Source: the human T2T-CHM13v2.0 reference genome, Homo sapiens
Length of the DNA stretch: 64,000 bases
Direction: 5' to 3' (one strand)
NCBI RefSeq assembly: GCF_009914755.1
Contig: NC_060925.1
The position numbers and the translations under genes are program-made. A model generated the notes under the pieces. The model saw only the letters and a list, made by a program, of their open reading frames with translations. It searched no databases and was not told the DNA's origin. Positions 13,286-25,330 of this stretch are shown here, one piece after another. Positions within the stretch are counted from its first letter, which is position 1. Each line of letters opens with the position of its first letter.

Positions 13286-14365
13286 AATCTTTTATTAATC
13301 CATTTACTTCCCTAAAATACACTCACCTTTGTCTTGTGTATAATGTTAACATCTTACTGTCTGTCATTTTAATGCTCTTATTCTGCTGTCTGAGCCTCAT
13401 CTAAGTGCCAACATAAATTATAAATTCCCAGATGTAGAAGTTGAATCTATATAGTTCATTTTATTCAACTTTTAGCAGAGTGCCAAGCATGACAGGGTGC
13501 TTAAAAATTGCATTCTATACTTGAATCAAGTGAGAGCTCCAGAAAGCCGTAAACTTGGACCACAAAAGCCAAACCAGCAAGCTTCCTTTTCCCTCACAGC
13601 CTCATATACTTATTTTTCAGCATTTGTTACTCCATAAGAATAACACATCGAATGCTGCTTGTTGCATGGAAGTCACAGCCTTGGCACTTTGTCAGGAGCT
13701 AATACAAGAAATTGCCATATAAAAGAAGCATCTGATTTGGATGTCAAACTCTTGTCCTGGTGTCTGTACAGGTCTCACATGATAAATAATTTACAGAATG
13801 TAATGTCTGGGAAATGTCCTGAAAAGTAGGGACACTGCCTTCTCTCAAAGTGTAAAGATTTCTTGCTCATTTCATTTCCCTTTATGACTTGGCTGCTGGG
13901 ACACTCAGGCCAAATCTCATGCTGGATCCTGGTGCCTATGTTGACCTTCTTGGTAACATATGTGTTTCTACTCCCTTTATGGCTTGGCTTTTCTAGTTCT
14001 AAGACAGTTATCATTCCATGTTGGCCAAATCTTTTATTGTAAGTCATCTTAATTCCTTCTTTGGAAAGAAGTGAGATATGAATACACACAAATAATTATG
14101 CTCAGGTCTTTTCTTTGTACCCTATGAATCTGTACCTGTTGTACATTGCCTCAAAATATTCTCAGGTCTTTTTACTCTGTGCTTATATCATTTGCCTCTT
14201 TAAGGAAGAGTTGGCCAGTGGATGTTTCTGAGTGAGGGTCTGGGCTACTCTCAGGATGTTGTAAGTGAGGGGCTGGATGACAGGGGTGAGGTGGGGAGAT
14301 ACCACTCAAAATGGAAAGCCAGTGGTTGATTTGTATTCCACTGCACTAATAAAAATTCATAGACT

Positions 14366-14464
14366 CCTGGGAAGAGTAGCTGTGTAAGGTTCCGGGTTCA
14401 AGTTCTGGGTATTTGAGAACAGTGTGCTTGTAAGGAGAGCCACGGGGGTGGAGGAGAAACTCCT
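14366..14464 (+). repeat. Dispersed direct repeat, copy 1 (99 bp)
   Basis: Matches 16997-17094 with 4 substitutions and one 1-bp indel. Bounded by 'actcct' at 14363-14368 and 14459-14464. Confidence 0.95.
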
Positions 14465-16996
14465 ATGGGTCTGGCCCATAATAAAGCTCTGTAATTATTT
14501 GTAAAATGGAAGAATGAATGAATAAATTAATGAATGAATGCTTTTCTGGCCAAGAGATTCTTCTCATAGGAGAGAAGGCAAGACTGTTTGGCAGAAAGCC
14601 CCATCTTCAGGCCACAGAGGAGACTCAAGATCACTAGGAGCCCAGCGGAGTCCAAGCTTTCCACGCCATCCTTGTCCCCAGCCAGGCCAAAGCATTCCTC
14701 ACTGGCACCGTGTGCTGTGAAACCAGGCCAGTGTGCTGGACACCAGGGGAAAGAGAGTGGGAAGTGGGAAAGAAGGAAGGTAGGAAGGAGGGAGGACAGA
14801 AGCCTAGGTACAGCTTCTGATGCCTTTCTCTTCTTCCCCGTTGAAAGAGACAGTCACATAAATACTAGTCCACAGTGAGTGTGGGGAGAGAAATGGTGGT
14901 CTCTAAACCTGTGTCCCTCTGTCTGTTTTTACTCAAAATCTCCTCTTAACACCCACCTGCGTCTCTCTTTCTCCTTCCCTTCCTTGTCTCTCTCCCATCA
15001 ATCCCCAGATCTCTCCATATACATTGTTTCTTTCTCTGTGCTGTCTCTACTTCTTTCTCCCTGTGTCTGTCTCCTCTCTCATACATACACATGACCTCTC
15101 CAAGATTCCCAAAAGAGAAGCTCCTCAGAGACCTGCATTTCCCCCTGTCTGCCCCAGACTCCAGAGGCAGTTAAGGGCAGAAGACACCAGCCCCAGAGCA
15201 TGGGGGCTCTACCACCTCCCAAACTGACCTGTGCCCAAACCTGGACTTTCATTCTAATCCCAGTGGCCTTGCCGACATCAGTTGGACTAATTTTTTCCTG
15301 TAATTAAAAGGAACACCCCCCAACTCCATCTCTAATCCCACATAATTAGCTCTCTGATTGCCAGTGCTGGGCAGGAAACCTCCTGTTTGGAGAGGGATTT
15401 TGGACAGAAAGATTAGGCAAACACTATGCAGGAAGCTGCGCTGGGAAAACAGGCTGTTCTCAAAGTTTGTTGTTAAAAGAGATTTGTGGTGGGCAAAAGG
15501 GCCTGATTCCCTACAGGTGGTCTGAGCTGCCTCTGACCCTGTCGGGTTCTCCAACAAATGGGTCGCTTTTCTTGGCTTTCAAGATCCTCCCTGTGGTGGA
15601 GCCCTGCAGTGGGCTCTATCTCCAGCACATGGGGCAAGGAGTATTCCCAGGAAGCACATTCCTTCCTGCTCCCAGGGAGGACTGTGCTTCTCTGCATGGG
15701 AGAGGGAGGGAGAGCCGCATAGGCATCTACCCCCACAGGCTAGCTGGGCGATGGTCAAAGGTTACTGAAATATGGCAGGTGACAACAAAACCACCATGAC
15801 TCCAATCAACCTAGGGAGTGGGAGAAATGCCAGGAAAATGGGGAAACCCCTTCCCTAGAGGCTCTGGGGAGGGCTCCTCAGAGCTGGGCATTGATTCTCC
15901 CAGCCAATGTTGTCCTTTGTCCATCTAACAGGCACTGCATTATCATCTGCTAGGCTGAGGGTATGCTGAAGGTAATGACATTTTGTTTGTTTCTATCACC
16001 AAATTTTTCTTTTTTGATCTTCATGATCATCCTGTGGGGGGAAGTACCTTCCCATAGAAGAGGAACTGAGTCCTGGTGAAAGCACACAACTCCCTCAAAA
16101 TCACCAAGCAAACAGCTGGGGAGCCTATGCTAAAGTACCAGGCTCCAGGAAGACGGCTGCCCCTGCTCTTTGCACAATCCCACGTCCTCCAGCTCGTGCT
16201 CTTTCTGTCTTGAGAGTCTGGGCATTTAGGATGTTGGAGTCATGGGAGACTGGGGACACCAGCCATCCAAGGGGATTTAGGACTCTGACAGCCAAGGGCT
16301 GGTCAACTCCTCTGTGAAGATCTGAAAGTCTGGTGCTACCGTGACGCCCACTTGCAATTCTTGCTGACATGGACTGGAGCTGGCATTCTCAGGCCCTCTA
16401 AATAACCTCAGGAGGGCCGGATCTCTGATGCTGCTTCGCCATCTCTGTACTACTCAAAGCCGTAAGATTATTCACTCTGGTTCTCAGAGAGGAAGGGGCA
16501 GGAACTGAAGCCAGGGGCTGGTGAGTGGGAGGGTGAACCTGTGCTTCCAGAGCCAGGGAGGGACAGCAGGGGCTGGTGGGCTGGCACTTGGGGGATTTTA
16601 CAGCCTGCTGGTTGAGGTGCCTGGCCCTGCTCCTCCACCATGGCTTCTGCAGTGAGCTCAGGACATGGGGGAGGGAGCCAGGCCATGGATGGATTCCAGA
16701 TGGGCTATCAGGTTTGCCCACAGTCGACTGTAAGGCTCCTCTGGTCTCGGCAGCTCCCTCAGCTCTGATTCAGCTGCACTCGGAAGGCCTGCTATGGAAT
16801 GCCAGTGAAACCCAACCCGTCTCTCCCACCAGAGCCTCCCTCACTCCTTCTGCTACCAGAGATAGATAGCATGTTTTTTCTCTGTCCCTTCTTCCCTTCA
16901 TTAGTACAACCCCCCCCGCCCAGAAGTAGAAAGGGTTATTGCGGGGAATTTAGTTGACAGCTGGGCCTCTGGCTCTGGAGCTCTGAACTATTTCCC

Positions 16997-17094
16997 CCTG
17001 GGAAGAGTAGCTGTATAAGGTTCTGGGTTCAAGTTCTGGGTATTTGAGAACAGTGTGCTTATAAGGGGAGCCACGGGGTGGAGGAGAAACTCCT
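16997..17094 (+). repeat. Dispersed direct repeat, copy 2 (98 bp)
   Basis: Matches 14366-14464 at about 95% identity. Confidence 0.95.
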
Positions 17095-19334
17095 TGTGTC
17101 CCTCTGATTGCCAGATCAGTCTAGCTGGCCCTGACCCAGGCATGGGAGGGAGGAACACAGAACTAGGTAGAACACGGCAGCCAGATATCTGATACTCAAC
17201 AGCATCTCATTGTTGCGTGGCTTCCACACAGGAACGTCATCTCATTCAATCTGCCCAACAGGCTGGAAGAAAGACAAGCCTACTTTATCCCCAATCTGCA
17301 GACAGATATACCAAGGCTCTGAGAGGTTTAGAGCACAGATTTGGTTTTGGTCTCCTGAATCTTGCCATAAACATTTTTGAGGACCTGCTATGTGCTAAGG
17401 ATAGCATTCATGCTCTGGGGCACAGAAACAAATGCAACACAGATCATGCCACAGAAACCAGTGCTGTTTTCCTATGTCACATAATTCATAGATTAATTAT
17501 TCTCAGAGAGGGCCCACTGGGCCTTGTACTATAATAGACTTTTACACGTCCCCATCTCTCCACTGCTATTTTAAAAAGATCAAGTTCATTTCTACCTTGT
17601 AGAGACAGGAAGGAATTACTGCAAGTGGCATGAGGGAATCACATCAGGATTTCCTGCCTCAGTTTCCCCTTTGTTATCAAAATTCTGCTTTCTGGTGATT
17701 TGCTTCTGGAGTTTTCAGAATATTCCATCTCAGCCTCCTCCACCCAGAGCTGCTGCTCCTAGTCGCCCAGGTCTGCCTTGGATCCTTTGTTAATGACTGG
17801 CAGGCTGGAGGTGATGTTGCCTTATCAGGGTTGATTAGTTGGGCTGAAATTTACATTTTGCTTCAGAAAACCAGTCTGGAATCTCTGGCAGAAAGCAGCA
17901 GGGATCCAGCTTCAATAGAGAATGCCCCTGAGGCCCAGGCATTTGAATGAACCACAGAAGCCTTTTCTACCCTCTCCCTCTCCTTCCTCAATCCCCTTCT
18001 CACCTCTCCCCTCACACCAGAAGGCTGGTGAACTGCAGCAAAGGGCTCTCTGAATGTGCTTGCAGAAGAAAAGGCTTTATTTTATTTTTTGCTTCTTCAA
18101 AGAAAATATGAAGCTCCCTCCAGCCTCTCTGGAGAATCAGCTAGGGAACAGTCTGTCTCAAAATGCCATTAAAACATCTCTCAAATTAAAAACAGTCCTG
18201 AAATGTGCAACTTCACGAGAGAGTAGATTACTAATACGCAAATGGTGGACTCTGACCACCTGAGGGCACGGACGAGTGGCCAAGGCTCTGTCCTATGGTG
18301 CACGAGTGTCCTTGGGCAGGACATTTAGCCTCTCTGAGCCTCAGCTTCATCCCATTAATAATAATAAAAAAATTGTTATCTTTCTCCTCCCTAATTTCAG
18401 GGTGCTTTGGAGGGAGAAGTGGTCCTGTTACTCTCAGAGATAACGGTCTTGGTTCTCATCACATTCATCTCCAGCCTCTCTCCCCTGCCCTCCCTTTTTC
18501 TCCACAGTCATGGTGCTATTTTAAGTTGAGGCTTCCAGCCAAAATCTGTACTTTATTAATTACGCGTCAACTACTCTGTGTCATGTTTAATGCATTTTCC
18601 AGATTGTATTGAATCCACAGTAAAAGGAGGAGTCTGAATGTGGCCTGGGTGCCTGGCAGGGTAGGTGCTGGGAGGAGAGGGGGAGCAGGAGCCAGCCTGT
18701 GTGTGCCTCAACTTGATCTCTCCCCTTCTTCGCCCTGGAGTCTCCATTGAGGCCAAGCGTAAATCCTGCTTGTAGCTCCTTAGAGCTCTCTATTTAAAGA
18801 ACACGCAGCACCCTGTGTAGAAGCACAGCACCCTGATGGGAAGGTAGAAAAACCTGCCTCATTAGGAAAGGCCAAAGGGCTCAGGACAGCTGACATCCAT
18901 TAGCAGGAAGGGCAGAAGGCTGAGGGTGATTGGAAAATGTGACTCAGTGATATGCCAAGGGAAGACTGGAGATGACACTGACCATCTGTTCTTCTCCAAA
19001 GAGGAGGTAGAAATAGCATTTGTATTGGAGCAGGAGAGATGTGAGCTAGACCTGGGTATTACATTCCTGACTGCTAGGTTTCCAGAGCTGTTTCTAGCTG
19101 TGTGATTTGGGCAAGTCCTTCAGTTTATTGGGCCTCAGTTGACTGATATATAAAATTAGCATTTACTCAAGGTGAGCCCTGAGGTCCTTTCTAGCTTTGG
19201 CCCTTTGTGCTTCTTTCTTTGAGGAGACTATGGGGAGAAGCAGAATCTTTTTAGGGGAGTACAAAGATGAATCCTGCATGCTTCTTGATCTCCAGGAGTT
19301 CACAATCAGGCAAGGAAGGCAGATAAACTATGAA

Positions 19335-19580
19335 ATAAACATAATAACAAACAGGTACTGTTCCGTGTGCTTTACCTGTATGAAGACATTAAATGCCTAC
19401 AATAGCTCTATGAGGTAGGTCCTGTTATTATCTCTGTATGCCTGATGAAGAAAGTAAGGCATTGAGAGGTTAAGTAGCTTGCCCAAAGTCATACTCCTAG
19501 TAAGAACAGAGCCAGGTTTTGAGCTCAAATAATCCCACTCCAAAGTCTGTGACATTCACCACTGTGCACACTGCCTCTAA
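19335..19580 (-). mobile_element. MIR SINE, apparently inserted in an antisense L2 relic
   Basis: 'gatgaagaaagtaaggcattgagaggttaagtagcttgcccaaagtcatac'. Flanks resemble L2 ('ccaggagttcacaatc', 'caggaaggcttcactgaggaggtg'). Confidence 0.75.
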
Positions 19581-20329
19581 CAAAGAAATACAAGCAACTC
19601 ACATACAAGGCTGACTCTGCTAAGTGCTGTAACCAATGATAAGAAATGTGGGATTATAGAGGGGCAAATCAGGAAGGCTTCACTGAGGAGGTGTGATATA
19701 ACTTAAACCTGAAAGGACAGGGCACTTCATCAGGCAGAGAGAGGGAGGCATGGCAGGGACAGCTTGAGTCAAGACATAGGCATGGACTGACCCTTGAGCC
19801 AAGGCACAGGGGCACTTAGGGAAGAGGGAGGGATTGGCAAAGCTGGAAGAACAGGGTGTGAGTGTGGCAGAAGTGGCATGGGGAAGGGATGTAGGGAGGG
19901 ATAAACTGTTTCTGGTGGAGGGATGCCAAGACCTTGCTCAAGAGACTCAGCTATACCCTACCTACAAGCTGCGGAGAGCCATTAAATGATATAAAAAATG
20001 TGAAAGCTAACTTAGAGAAGGCAGGGCAGGAGCCAGCACAAGTTCAAGAATAGATAATAAAAGTCTCAGCCTGGGCTGGGGGAGGGAGGTGGAAAGGAGG
20101 GCAGGTGAGGGAAAAGATGAACAGACAAGATTTGGCAGCAAACTCAATGTGGGAAATGAGAGAGAGGGAGCAGTATGGGAGTTAGAGAGCTCACCTTTGC
20201 CTGGGATGGCTGGTGGGAAATGTGGATGGGTGGCCCCAAGGGGCATGGGGTAGGGAGCTCTAAACTGTGCATATTAGGGATGAGACAGAGAGGCTGACAA
20301 AGCATTTACAATTCAGCTTAAATATTGCT

Positions 20330-20585
20330 TCCCCAGGAAGCTTTTCCTGATCCCTTTTCTCCCAGTAGTTCTGGTTCCCTAGTTACAGGTTCCCATGCTG
20401 CTTATTGAACTTTGGACATCTCTACAACACTGGCCAGCCATGTAATAAGCAGTTATTTGTGCAACAACTTGCTGGTGTCCTTTCTCCCAACCATCCTTTG
20501 TTTTGTTGAGTTCGGTGTCCCCAGTGCTGAACACAGTGCCTGGCAAGTCGATGCTCCATAAATTCTTGCTAAATGAATTGATGAT
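20330..20585 (+). mobile_element. L2 3' end
   Basis: 'tccccagtgctgaacacagtgcctggcaagtcgatgctccataaattcttgctaaatgaattga'. Confidence 0.7.
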
Positions 20586-21419
20586 CTCTGCCTCTGGGCC
20601 AGATGCCCTTCTCCCACTCTTGGATGTCAGCATGTGGGGGGCTTCTCATCACCACCCCCACAAAGGGGCCGCTTCCCCCCATGGAGCACAGGAAGGCAGA
20701 TGTATTCATGTGTTCACCTGTCCACTCTGCCCACACTTGTGGGTTCTGACGCTTCCACACAGTGTTGCCGCATGGCAATAATGAACAATTTAGCATGGAA
20801 ATTGACCTTAGCAGGAAGGGGCTGGCATGTGTGTGCCCCATTAGAGAGCATTTGGTTAGGGGACACCTTTAGCCCTGCAGGCTACAGGGGAAGACTTCTG
20901 TGATTCCCCTTCCTGGGCAAGCCCCTCCCAGCCCAATCCACCTCTGCCTCTTTTTTGTTCCCCAAAACCCTCTTCTGCTCCATTCACCACCAACATCTAC
21001 CTGAGGAGGCGGAAGAGGAGAAACAAGAGCTCTGCCCCTACTCCCTGAACCCTGTTCAGGACTCTGCAGTTCTTTGCTCCGCATGCCCTAATGCAAAAGG
21101 TAAGAGCAGAGGTGAGCCTTCCTTCCCTTCCCTCTCATAGGGAGGTTTAGTACCAGTTGCTTTTTGGTGGTGTCTTCCATTGAGGGCCAGTTCCAGACAC
21201 CTTCTAAGAAATACTTTCTTTCCAAATCCCCACAGAATTTGGAGGGAAAAGGGAAGATGAAAGTATCTGATACCCTTAGAAGTGGAATAATTTGGCTCCT
21301 TAAAAAGCCAGGGCAGGGACCATCTTTGAAAACACCTAAGATAGAGAAAACAAACTCTGTTTTAGAGGCTGGGCTGAGTGAAGAAGCTGGAGCTCCCTTC
21401 ATGCAGGTGCCAAACCCAG

Positions 21420-21760
21420 CCCTCCTCGCCTTCAGATCCCTGGGCATCAGTCCGGCAGCGGCTCCCTGTGGGCAGAGGAGGGAGCTCCTGAGGAAGTACT
21501 TAGCAGGCGCTGCCTGACTCTAGCGGCACTAACGGATTCTCTTATCTCGCCGGGACCCTTGTCTGCAGATCGGCAAAGCTGCAAGGAGGTGGCAGGTTAA
21601 AAATACTCTGTTAGCAAAGAGGCTTAGGTGGGGGCCTTGCCAGGGGAATTACAGTGATGAGAGGCCTCTGAGGCGGGAAGTCAGGGACGGAACCAAAGCT
21701 GCTGGACCCTCCGCTTCTCTTGTGCCCCCTATTTGAATTTGCCGCAATGATTGGCAAAGG
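21420..21760. promoter_or_regulatory. Candidate cis-regulatory element (local CpG retention; ETS, GATA, CCAAT and CTCF-like motifs)
   Basis: About 13 CpGs in ~330 bp against a depleted background. GGAAGT twice, CTTATCT at 21541, TGATTGG near 21748, gtgccccctatttg at 21722. Confidence 0.4.
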
Positions 21761-21974
21761 CCTGTGGAGATGGAGGGATTAATGTTGCCTCTTTTCTAAG
21801 GCCTGGGGAGCCATGTAGCAAATGAGGACCATGGCAGTCACCTGGCCTCCCTCCTTCTCAGCCTGGAGCTTGGGCATCCTTGGCATGCCAGCAGATCTCT
21901 GGTGGGTGCACCCAAGCCCTCATTCATCTTATAGCTTATGTTCTCTTACCCAGGAAAAGGAAGTAAGTCTCAGA

Positions 21975-22170
21975 TGGGAGGAAATAATAGTACCCTGTGT
22001 TTAGAGAATGTTTGTACTGTGTCTGAGTGTTTCTACATAGAATACCTCATTGCACCCTCACAGCATGCCTGTGAGGTGAGGATTACTACCCCGGTTTTAT
22101 ATTTGGGGAAACAAGGCTCTGAGAGTTTATGAGACTTGCCCAAAGTCACACATCTAGGAAGTGGCAGCGT
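21975..22170 (-). mobile_element. MIR SINE
   Basis: 'ggggaaacaaggctctgagagtttatgagacttgcccaaagtcacacatctaggaagtggcag'. Confidence 0.78.
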
Positions 22171-24699
22171 GGACTTCAGTAAGGGCTTTCTGATGTCCTC
22201 TCTAGGGCTCTTCCTGTATCCTCCATTCTCTCCACGATTTTGTTCGCCTTAACCCTCCCATTAGGAAAACAACAACGGGGCAGCTTTCGTCAATAGCCTC
22301 TTTCAACTTCATCTGTCTTAAAACCCCGCAAGCCCAGCTACCCCTATGTGGTCTGGGGCTGGTCCAACCCTAAGCTGGTCTTGGGGTCCCTGGTCTCCAC
22401 TCCCTCAGGACCAGAAGGCAGCTTGAGCAGTGGCGTCCCTGCCTCACCTCAGAACTACAGAGTTCCAGGACTGAGAGCGGCCTCAAGCCTCCGGTGACTT
22501 CATCCTCTCCCACGTGGGCCAGGACATCTGGGTCTCATTTTTTGATCAGAGAGAACAAATGTTCTACAACTCCCATTGGCAAACTGATTCAGTGCTTACT
22601 GTACTCCTCCCTCCTGCTCAGAAAGGTCCCCACTAAGGTTTGACTTCCTGCTACAGCTGAGGGCTCTTTCTTCCATACCGATGAACTGAGAGTTACTTCC
22701 CATGCGTAGGCCTCATCTCTAATGGTCCAAGGAGAGAGAACTCTGAAAAGGGAACCCCTCCTTCCCCACCACCCCACCTTTACAAAGAAATCATAAGGGC
22801 AGATTATGTTTCTCACATTAAACACAACACAGAAAGGAATCAACCACAATAGTGAGATTTTGAAAAAGGGAAAAAAATCTCGATAACATCAGCAACTAGT
22901 GATGGGAGTTCCATTCCCAGTCACAGATTTGCTACAACACACCTTCTCTCCGAGAGATTTCTGGCTTAGGTGACTGTCCTAAGAGCAGATGTTAGGCTGG
23001 CTTGGACCTAAGGCAGCCAACTGGTCTGCATTGCTGGAACCCTCAGCAGGCTCAGCCCACTGAGCTGGCAGCAGGGATCCCAAAAGACAAAAAGACATGA
23101 TCATTGACCTGCAGGTACTTCCTGAAGATCCAATAAGGAAGGCATTCAAATACAGCTTGAATGCCTCCTGTGCAAAGTATGGTGCTATGCACAGAATGCT
23201 GAGTATGATCTAGTCTTTGACCTTAGCAGCTTGTTTTGAGAGGGAGCAATACAGGTAACTAAGAGGCTTAATGACAAATGCACATGGAGCAGTTTGGAAA
23301 ATGCCTCTGAGTTCAAAAGAATGAGAGATAAAGTCCATGGGTTCCAGGGTGAGGAAAGGAAAATCAACAAATGTACAAAGTTTATAACAATGAAAACCGC
23401 AAAGAACACAGAATGAGAACTTCATGCATTGATGTAAGAATTAAAGGTGCCATGTGGAGTGGGAGGAGAGGGGGAACACATATTGAAAGAAACCTAGAAG
23501 GAAGGGTATCTTTGTAAATAGATGGATTCTAAACCTCTGGTTTCGGTTCCTCACACTTCACCTGGCTTAGGCATAGCACTCCTTCCTCCTCACTCCAAAC
23601 CATGAAGCTCTCAGCACAATGGAATTCTGTGTGTTGCTGCAACTCCGCACCTGAGTCTGCACCTGGGGCTACTGAATGAGAGAGGGAGTTCCCAAAATAG
23701 AGAGCAGAGCTTGGGGCTACGTTGGAATGTCAGTTTGCTGACTGCCAGCCTCTCTAGGTTGCTGGGGATAAGCATCAACTAGGCAAAGGAAATCCATGTA
23801 TGATTTCCAAGCTTCACTTATCTCAGTGCTGAATTTTAACCTTATTCTCTCAGTAAATCTTGGACCACAGCTCCTAATGAGGACTCCCCTGACTATGGCG
23901 ATTTTATATTTTCTGGAAGAAAAGGCTGAGAGGAAGAGAGGAACAGGAAGGGAGAAAAGAACACCAGGAAAATCTCTGCCCTCTCTCCCACACCCCCCTC
24001 ACAGCAAAGTGGGCCGCTAATGCATTAATTAACTAAGTAGTTTTGAATGTACTCCATTGCACCTCATTGTCTGCAGCTGCCATTCCCTGGAGGAGCCATA
24101 ATATGCTCAGTGCACACTATATAATTAAATATCAACACGTGTCCCCTGCCCAGTGCTGGGATGCGTATTTACTTGCGTTAATGAGAACCAGAATGGCCTT
24201 ACTGATGAGAGGCCCATAGAGGTAGGAGGCAAGGAGCACGTCTCCTGAAATTGAGGTCCATATGCCCTAGCGCCCTGCTCTTCTTACTCCCCTACCACCT
24301 CCTCCCAATATCCTGTCCCCAGAAGGCCATCTCAGGACCCCTGGTGGAAGCTTTTCACAAGACCACAGGCCAAAGTGCCATCAGCTGCGCTCTTCCCTAA
24401 TGGGAGTGAGCAGCAGCAGCCCGCACGTGGTGCATAATGACTATGTTTCTGCTTAATACAAATTGTGGTTATTTAGCAGCCCAAATACCAATTCCCTACT
24501 GAGATCCCTGTCGTTGAAACCCCACACACATACACAGACTCAGCAGACACAAACACAAGCACCTGCATGCTGACCCCCCATTTGCCACTCCTCACCCCAC
24601 CCAACACAAATCCATTACAGAATTGCTCTCTGGCTTGGGGTCCCAGAGTTATTAATACTGAGATGGGTGACAAAGTGAATGTGCTATATGCAGCAGCTT

Positions 24700-24880
24700 G
24701 ATGGAACCCAAAGGCAGGTCTTTAGAGTCAGAAGACTGTGGTTCAAATCCTGGTTTTGCTACTCATGGGCTGTGAAACCTTGGGCAAGTTCCGCAAGCTT
24801 CTAGGGCTTTCATCTACTTATGTGGAAAGTAGGGACAGCGATACCTACACAATTGGTGAGAACTAAAAGGTGTAATTTAG
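24700..24880 (+). mobile_element. MIR SINE
   Basis: 'tttagagtcagaagactgtggttcaaatcctggttttgctactcatgggctgtgaaaccttgggcaagtt'. Confidence 0.8.
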
Positions 24881-25059
24881 GAGAAGTGGTTCTCCTTAAA
24901 TGTTCATATTTGTCTCCCTCTCTTTTCCCCTCTTCATATATAGCCACATCTGGATAGCGAGTAGAGGTATTCTGTCCAGAGAAGAGGAATGGACTATGAG
25001 GATGTAGCAATACCTTCCCTCAGATTTCAGTTAAAATACACACATTCCAATTTAAAACA

Positions 25060-25330
25060 GGGCACTAGAATGCAACAGGTGCTGATCTGTTTTGTTCACT
25101 GATGTATTCCTAACATCTAGGAGGGTGACCAACACATAGGAGGTGCTCAGGAAATATTTACTGAATAAATGAATGATATTCCATCTCTTATTCAATTTGT
25201 ATAATAATGCCATGAGGGGGAGTCTATTGCCCCCACTTTGCAGAAGAACAAATAGGCTCAGAGAGCTTAAGTGCATTGCTCAAGGCATACAGCTAGCCTG
25301 GGATATAAACTCAGGTGTCTGCCTCAAATG
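25060..25330. mobile_element. L2 3' end followed by an antisense MIR
   Basis: 'acataggaggtgctcaggaaatatttactgaataaatgaatga', then 'aggctcagagagcttaagtgcattgctcaaggcatacagctag'. Confidence 0.72.

Noticed and set aside
18805-18895. CAGCACC twice and GGACAG, resembling REST half-sites
   Set aside because: Spacing does not fit canonical or known non-canonical RE1 sites.
20931-21105. Possible exon ending AAG|GTAAGA at 21100 (EEAEEEKQELC...)
   Set aside because: The first AG after the pyrimidine-rich zone is a weak GAG and the peptide is unrecognised.
22880-23030. Faint inverted similarity to 58030-58120
   Set aside because: Only short word matches; probably the same ancient repeat family, which I cannot name.
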